Positions 54,865 through 64,000 of a DNA stretch of 64,000 nucleotides are shown one piece after another. Position numbers and translations under genes: made by a program. This DNA comes from the human T2T-CHM13v2.0 reference genome, Homo sapiens, in the NCBI RefSeq assembly GCF_009914755.1, contig NC_060935.1; one strand, 5' to 3'. The notes beneath the pieces were generated by a model. It had not been told where the DNA came from and ran no database searches. It saw nothing but the letters and a program-made list of their open reading frames with translations. How positions within the stretch are numbered: position 1 is the stretch's first letter; each line of letters starts with the position of its first letter.

Positions 54865-56780
54865 CATGAGTGACAGAGAAGTTTAGTTATCTTAGTGGTG
54901 TACAATGACTTAACAACCTTTGTTATAATTAATAGCACATACTGAGACAATAGAATTTTATAAATCCCACACAATTGTGGAGCATATATTAATATTATTC
55001 ACTAAAATATAACTTGAAGAATGTTAAACATCGTTGTGGAAACTCACATGCCTAAACATGTCAAATAAGCCTGTTTACCTTTCTTTCAAATGCTTCATTG
55101 GCCCTCTGTGGCATCCAGAAGCTAGAGGTCAGGAAAGACAACGTTGAAACTGAGGTTTGATTTTCGGAAGCCTCTTATATATGTTAGAGATTTAAAACAC
55201 TTGATGTTATGAAATAGAATTCCAGGTTACCATAAGTCATTTATTTTGCCATAATGATGAAAAAAGACAAAAATCTTTTATTAACGTTTACTATTATATG
55301 AAAATCCTGTTCAAAGCCAAATTTTACCCTTGTATTAGTTTATTAATATGAACCCAATTTTTAAATGAAAAATCATTGGCAATTCCATCTAATCTTAACC
55401 AATTTGACCATTAATTTTTACAAACTTTTTATAACCCTTTTGCTAAAGGGCAGACCAGTGTTTTAAGACACCCTTGTTGTGCTTTTATTTCAGTGCTCAA
55501 TTTATGAAAAGAACATATAATACCGTTTTGAAATTAGTTAATGTTTACAGATGATATTTTTGCAAGATTAATTTTTATAATCTTTCCAATACTTGCTTAA
55601 ACCTTCAGCTTTATCATATCTAATTTAAGACAATCCTTTATCCCTAGCAAAATGTACACTTCTATGCCTTCTTATAGTCTTCTACTAAAAACATATTTTA
55701 CTGTTTTTACACACCTTGCATGTAAGTCTATTTTAATTACATGTTATAATGCTGACTTTTAGCAATTTTTAACTTTAATGTGAAACCTGGTAAGTTGTTT
55801 TGATTATGTAGTAGGCACAGATTAAGTTTGAATTTTTCCAGCATAGTTAGGGACATGGATAATTTTGCATTTCCCCAGGCCTTATGAAGTTGTAAAGCAG
55901 GAGTTTGCATGGAAATATTTAGCAAACCTTGTATCTGACTTATATGATTTAGACCACCTATTTGCCTGTATTGGATGCCACCTGTATTTTACCAATAATC
56001 CTTAAGGCTTTTTTATTTTTTAAAAGTTAAAGTCACTTGAGCTAAAAAACATTACAGCTTTCATCTTTCCTTTAAAAATTATTTGATTTAAGTGCTTATT
56101 TTTCTTTAAGCCAATCAATTGGAGCTCTTTTTATAGACGTTACACATAACACACATAACTACACAGACAAACAGAAAAAGACTCAGTTGTTATAAGATTT
56201 ATCTTCAGTTGGATTATTGGTCTCTGGGTGAGGCCCTTTAAGAGTGGGGCTAGGAGAGCATGCGGTTTTTAAGGAAGACAAAAACACATTTTTGAGAGGG
56301 ATCTATCCGCCACTAATTCCTGGAGTTCCATGAGGAAAAACAGAGATTTCTCCCAAAATGAGACTTGTGGTACATTTTCTGTTTTCCCAAGAAGTCTCAC
56401 AGTATCAGAAGTTATCTTGGGGCCTCTCATGTGTGCATTAAGTAATGCATACATTGAGAGTGGCAAAACAAAATGGAGAAAAGGAATTTAGTTGACTGAG
56501 AAAAAACATTTTTCAGAAAAACAAGATCCAAGAACAGAAAAACATAAAGGCCTTTTAAATATGCCTATAACTTGGATATCCACTTTTAATTAAGCTGCGT
56601 GCTCCTAAGAAAATCCCTTTAAATCCCTTGTTACTCAACTTTAGCCACACCAAGCAGTTAAGATTTTTGGCTTTTGAACTTTACCAAAAGTTGCCTCACA
56701 GGTGAAATCAAAAGCCTTACTTAGGTTATGACTTAACCATGAGTATACAAGATATTTTCAAAGGAGGGGTAAACAGGTTT

Positions 56781-57445
56781 TGAAAGTGTTTTTGCAAAGT
56801 TGTGACTGAGACAGTGAAAGAGATCCAACCCAACCAACTCTATGTTGTCTCCAGCCCCCAAGCTGTCCTTGCCCATCCCTAGGAGTACATGGAACCAACT
56901 CTAGGAAGAGCTTGGTTTACAGTTTATAGTTTAAAACAAAGTCAATAATAGCCCTTTCTCAAAATGAACCTCCCTTTTTGCCTAGGGACCAGACGAAGAA
57001 ACTAGGCACAAGATTAGAAACCATGGCTTAGGAGTCATGCAGCTGGAGGATACAAGATTTTGACCCTTTCTAAACTGCTCCCAAGATGAGTGCTCAAGAT
57101 ATTTTGCAAACCCTGCCATTGTTGGATCAGCTGGCATCACCAAGATTGATGAACTGGCTTATCTAATTTTGTGGCCCCCATCCAGGAACTAATTTAGCAC
57201 AAGAAGACAACTTTGACTCCCTATGATTTCATTTCTGACTCTACGTGTCAGCATTCCTGTCTCATTGGCTCCCCCCTGCTACCAAGCTGTCCCCAAAAAC
57301 TCTGCTCCCCAAATGCTGAGGGAGACCCACCTGAGCAATGACAAAACTCCCATCTCCCACACTGCTGACCTGACTATAATTACCCTGTTTTGATAAATCA
57401 CCTCTGCCTGGGCAGCACGCAAGTTGAACCCATTGAGCAGTTGCA
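56781..57445 (+). mobile_element. Solo LTR8-family element nested in the ERV internal region
   Basis: TG...CA termini (TGAAAGTGTTTTTGCAAAG ... GAACCCATTGAGCAGTTGCA), 665 bp. Internal motifs AAGCTGTCCTTG, ACAAGATTAGAAA and GGAGTCATGCAGC recall LTR8. No clean TSD seen. Confidence 0.8.
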
Positions 57446-58326
57446 CTATTACAAAATCTAGAACATTTAAAGGCAACTTAGAGGAAGATTTAAGAAAGGC
57501 AGATAGAAGTTGTTCATGAAGGGGTAAGAGAATCAGCAAATGGTAAAATTAAAGTATTCACTTCCCAAGCCAGAATTTAACCTGGACCACCATTGTAAAA
57601 TGGTGGTGACTAAAATGTAGTATTGTCACGTGGTTACAGGTCACATTCCCAAAGACATTAAACAAGAGGCAGCAAAGTTTGTTACTGACCATTTTGTTGG
57701 GACTGGCTCAAACAGCAGGCTTATAGGGTCCCAGGCCTGCATCCTAGTCTGAGATATGCTTTCTCTTGACAAAGCCACACAGAAAGACTCACAAAGAACA
57801 CTGGATTGGCTACAGCTTAAGACCAACCTCATAAATCGTTTTTCATGAATTAAAACTTCACAGAAAATATACATAATGAAACTTATTATTCCTTTTACTA
57901 TTTTGTACAGGGAGAGAGAAGCCAAAATCCTGACTGGTGAAAAAAAAAAAAAAACAACTTTTACCCTTTTGCTGGCCTGTCATGTTTCTGGGTTCCCTTC
58001 CCTTGAGCCCAGCATTTTAACGTTTGGAGAAATTAACTTTTCGAAGTTTGGAGGAACATTATAAAAGAAGAGATAGAAGCCATTTTAAACCATGTCAGGA
58101 GGAAGGAAAAATACCACAGAAAAGTCTGGAGTTTGTGTGGTGGAACTGAAATAGCTGTTGATGTAAATAGGGGGAACAGGAATGGCTGGGGCATCTGGAA
58201 GTTGCATTTAAGGGTTTCCTGGGGGGTCTGTTTCTTTAGTTTTGTGGAATCATTCCCACTGGGCCCACCTGATATGACTGCTAAAAGAGCTGAGTCGATT
58301 GTGCAGTGCTTGCAAAGGTCTAGTAA

Positions 58327-58452
58327 CAAGGCCATGCCCTTGTGCAAAAGAAAATTAGCTGCTTTTTTCCCCAAAGTCTCAAGGTCAAAGGAATCCTAGT
58401 GCTTCAGAATGCAATTCAGAGGAGTACAGGTTGAAGATGGTTTGTTACCCAT
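58327..58452 (-). pseudogene. ERV gag matrix N-terminal remnant
   Basis: Minus strand reads MGNKPSSTCTPLNCILKH*DSFDLETLGKK/(frameshift)QLIFFCTRAWP, resembling the HERV-W/ERV9-type Gag start (MGN...PL.CIL..WD.FDP.TL.KK.LIFFC..AWP). Contains a stop and a frameshift. Confidence 0.8.
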
Positions 58453-59824
58453 CTAGAAAGAGAAGCCAGAAAAAAGGCATCCCTGTAACCTCCTTCCTTT
58501 TGTTGTGACCCAAGGTGGAGGGGAAGAGAGCAGGAGTTTACCCCCTATTCTTTTCCCTCCTTGGTTCCTGGGACTCCAGCACATTGTTAAACATATTGTC
58601 CATGGTCGCAGGCATGAACCCCAGCCATAGAAATGGCGGAACTAAGCAATTGGGATTACTCACACTTACCCATGCAACTCTAGTCTTCCGTTTATGATTT
58701 CCCATTGACTTCTTAGACTGACATGACCTGTGTGGCTCCCAGAAAGAGAGATCTTGAAAAAGACTATGTAATGGTTGCATTTGGGCAAGACCCCTTTAAT
58801 GGAGTGGGTGCATTACATTGAACTCTATATCCTGTTATTATGGCCCATGCCAAAGCATTTACTCTTAAGTCTCCTTACTATGTAAGTACCATTTTAATTG
58901 GAGACAGAGTAGGTGCCTTAAAAGAATGTAGGGACCAAATGGTGGTTTTCCAGCTGATGGGACACTATCGAGACTAAAATTTGTTTTCAGAGGACATTTT
59001 CCTCATCACTGTTGAAGGCAGAGATTTTCCCTTTCACAGAAAAGGCATAAAGCTTGGTCTCTAGTAGAGGGGCACAAAAAGGGAGGAAAATTGGGAAGTT
59101 AAAGTGTTTTGGAAAAGGGCCAACAATGTACCTCATGGAGAGGATTCCTATTCCTGTAGGTGGTGCTGTTGAGCATGTGCTCTCCAGACCAAGCGCAGAG
59201 AGAGATGCTCACTGTAGGGGATGGGGGAAGATCCTCTCTTCCTAGAAAATCACAAAAACAGCGTTCTCTTAAGCTATATTCCCAGTTACTATGGCATTTG
59301 CTGACCATTCCTAACAGGACTACTTCACTGAACTGTAAAAATTTCCAGAGCATTGCATATATAGAGATGATAGGAGACATGGCAATTGCAGAAAGGCAAG
59401 GAGGAAATTTGTGATAGAAAAGCTGGAGATCCTATTGCTGATGGTTGGTTGGGCAGTTGAAGGCTGGAGTTGGTCCAGAAGCCTTCAGATAACACCAGGG
59501 TGTAGTCCTGGCCAGAAATTCTTTGTTGCTCCAGGATCTCTTTAAGCCCCATACGATGACTGGGTCCTCCAGGAAGGGAAACTGGTTTGAAACATAGCCA
59601 ATATCCCCAGGAACCTGAGGGTACTGGGGGATTCTTCATGATATCCCCAGCAAGCTTGTCCCCTGGTCTTGTAAGGCTGGCAGCCAATCTAACCATTTTT
59701 AAATGGCTGACAAGGGCCCAGTATTTGGTTTGATTTTATATTAAAATGGAGGCCGAGAGCCTCAAAATGCAAGGACAGAGTTATGGTCCATTCCTATACT
59801 CACCCTTCTGATGATTATACCTGC

Positions 59825-59842
59825 ATCCCACATGGGGCCCCA
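59825..59842 (-). other. Degenerate primer-binding site, tRNA-Pro-like
   Basis: Minus strand TGGGGCCCCATGTGGGAT, 13/18 match to TGGGGGCTCGTCCGGGAT, 3 nt after the LTR-terminal CA. Confidence 0.65.
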
Positions 59843-59845
59843 AAA

Positions 59846-60452
59846 TGAACCAGCATTGCTTGTCTCTGGTAAATACCCTACATTCATTGTCTCACTCCAA
59901 GGAAATTGAGGGTGTGGACACACAAGAAGTGAGTCTAAATGCAGAGGTTTAATAGGTGAGAGAAAAGCTCTCTCTTCTGCAGAGACAGAGGGACTCCTGA
60001 GTGGGTCCTCCAGTTCTGTGGTGAATTGCATGGGCTTTTATAGATGAGGTTGAGGAGGCAGTGTCTGATTTACATAAGGCCCAAAAGATTGGTATGTGAA
60101 AAAGCTGGCTGCCTCCTCTAATCTTTTATTATACAAAAGGTTTCTCTACCTGGTCAGTGCCATGTTGCCTGCTTCTTTACTGCACATGTGGTTGACAAAG
60201 AAAAGGGAAGATGGAGCCTCCATGTTGACCATGCCTGGCCCCCAGGTAGACTTTTACTATTGGCACAGCTGCCAGCATTCACCCATGCAAACTTCCAGCT
60301 TGCTTTTCTATGTCTGCATCTTGATTTTTCAGGCTGTTCTTTGTTAGAAAAGAAATGATTTTGGGGCTGCTTTTTATGAACAGGGAAACCTTACCAAGGA
60401 CTCTCTTATTCTCACTATATGCCTAAATAATTTCTTTCTAGCTCCTGTGTCA
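59846..60452 (-). mobile_element. ERV1 5' LTR (MER4-group; MER50-like, subfamily uncertain)
   Basis: Minus strand begins TGACACAGGAGCTAGAAAGAAATTATTTAGGCA and ends GGTTCA. It has CCAAT (60088-60092), TATAAAA (60036-60042) and ATTAAA (59948-59953) in correct LTR order, followed by the PBS. Confidence 0.85.
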
Positions 60453-61212
60453 GTGCTTTCTTTCCTTCCTATTCTTCATTAGTGAAAATAATTTTCTCTG
60501 GTGATATGATTAGTTTCTTGCTTTTTATTTTTTATGGGCCCATTGTATGTTTCTTGGTCTGAGGTTACCATGAGGCTTGCAAATGCTATCTTATAACCGA
60601 TTATTTTAGGCTGATAACAACTTAACACTGTTTGTACAAACAAACAAGCAAAAAGAAAACAAGAACTCCACATCTTAACTTTGTCCCTCTGCTTTTTAAC
60701 TTTTTGTTGCTTCTACTATTTATATCTTATTGTACTGTTTATGTCCTGAAAAGTTGTTGCAGTTATTATTTTTGATTGGCTCATTGTTAAGTTTTTCTAC
60801 TTAGGATAAGACTAGTTTATATACCACAGTTATAATATTCTGTGTTTTCTGTGTACTTTCTATGACCAGTGAGTTTTGTACCTTCAGATGATTACTTATT
60901 GCTCATTAACATTCTTTTCTTTCTGACTGAAGTACTTACTCCCTTTAGAATTTCTTGTTGGACAGGTCTGCTCTTCATGAAATCCCTCAGCTTCTGTTTG
61001 TCTGGAAAAGTTTGTATTTCTCCTTCATGCTTGAAGGATATTTTTGCTAGATATCCTATTCTATGGTAGAAGGATTTTTTCCATCAGCACTTTAAATATG
61101 TTATGCCACTCTCTTCTGGCCTGTAAGGTTTCCATTGAAAAGTCCACTGCAAGGCATATTGGAGCTCCATTGTTATGTTATTTGATTCTTTTCTCTTGTT
61201 GCTTTTAGGGTC
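60453..61212 (-). mobile_element. Old LINE-1 fragment (L1M-type), ORF1 C-terminus and downstream region
   Basis: Minus strand ~61150-60940 translates AVDFSMETLQARREWHNIFKVL...AKISFKHEGEIQTFPDKQKLRDFMKSRPVQQEILKG, the conserved ORF1p C-terminal region. Confidence 0.8.

Positions 61213-64000
<2,788 letters not shown>

Larger units (their letters stand above)
54865..59845 (-). mobile_element. Degenerate class I (ERV1, MER4-group/HUERS-like) provirus internal region
   Basis: Lies downstream (minus strand) of an LTR and PBS, contains a gag N-terminal remnant, and is otherwise non-coding and AT-rich. The left boundary is set by the L1 tail. The 54865-56780 part is assigned by continuity and resemblance only. 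Confidence 0.72.

Noticed and set aside
56776-57450. Target-site duplication around LTR8
   Set aside because: The flanks (GTTT vs CTAT) do not match well enough to claim one.

Overview
Primate, most likely human, centromere-edge window with no credible protein-coding gene. Positions 1-52061 are alpha satellite (~171-bp monomers, single orientation) in layers. (i) A 12-monomer higher-order repeat (HOR) of 2047-2049 bp, built from five monomer types in the order a b c d e a' b' c' d' c'' d'' e'' (pentameric suprachromosomal family 3 architecture; the letters are my labels). (ii) A ~7.5-kb island of a different 851-bp pentameric repeat resembling chr11 D11Z1, interrupting the 12-mer at ~7385-14865. 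(iii) More 12-mer copies to ~39.6 kb, including a 14-mer variant and two haplotype blocks. (iv) ~12 kb of diverged monomers that still preserve relic 12-, 14-, 11- and 7-monomer order. The satellite is fused abruptly at ~52062 to a 5'-truncated, decayed L1PA element. This is followed by nested retroelements: a minus-strand ERV1 (LTR, Pro-like PBS, gag remnant) carrying a solo LTR8, an old L1 ORF1 fragment, and a second, inverted L1PA running off the window. From remembered consensus sequences the best guess is the flank of the chromosome 11 centromere (unverified). I found no new coding or defence system; the interesting signal is structural and evolutionary. All coordinates were counted by eye and junctions are approximate.
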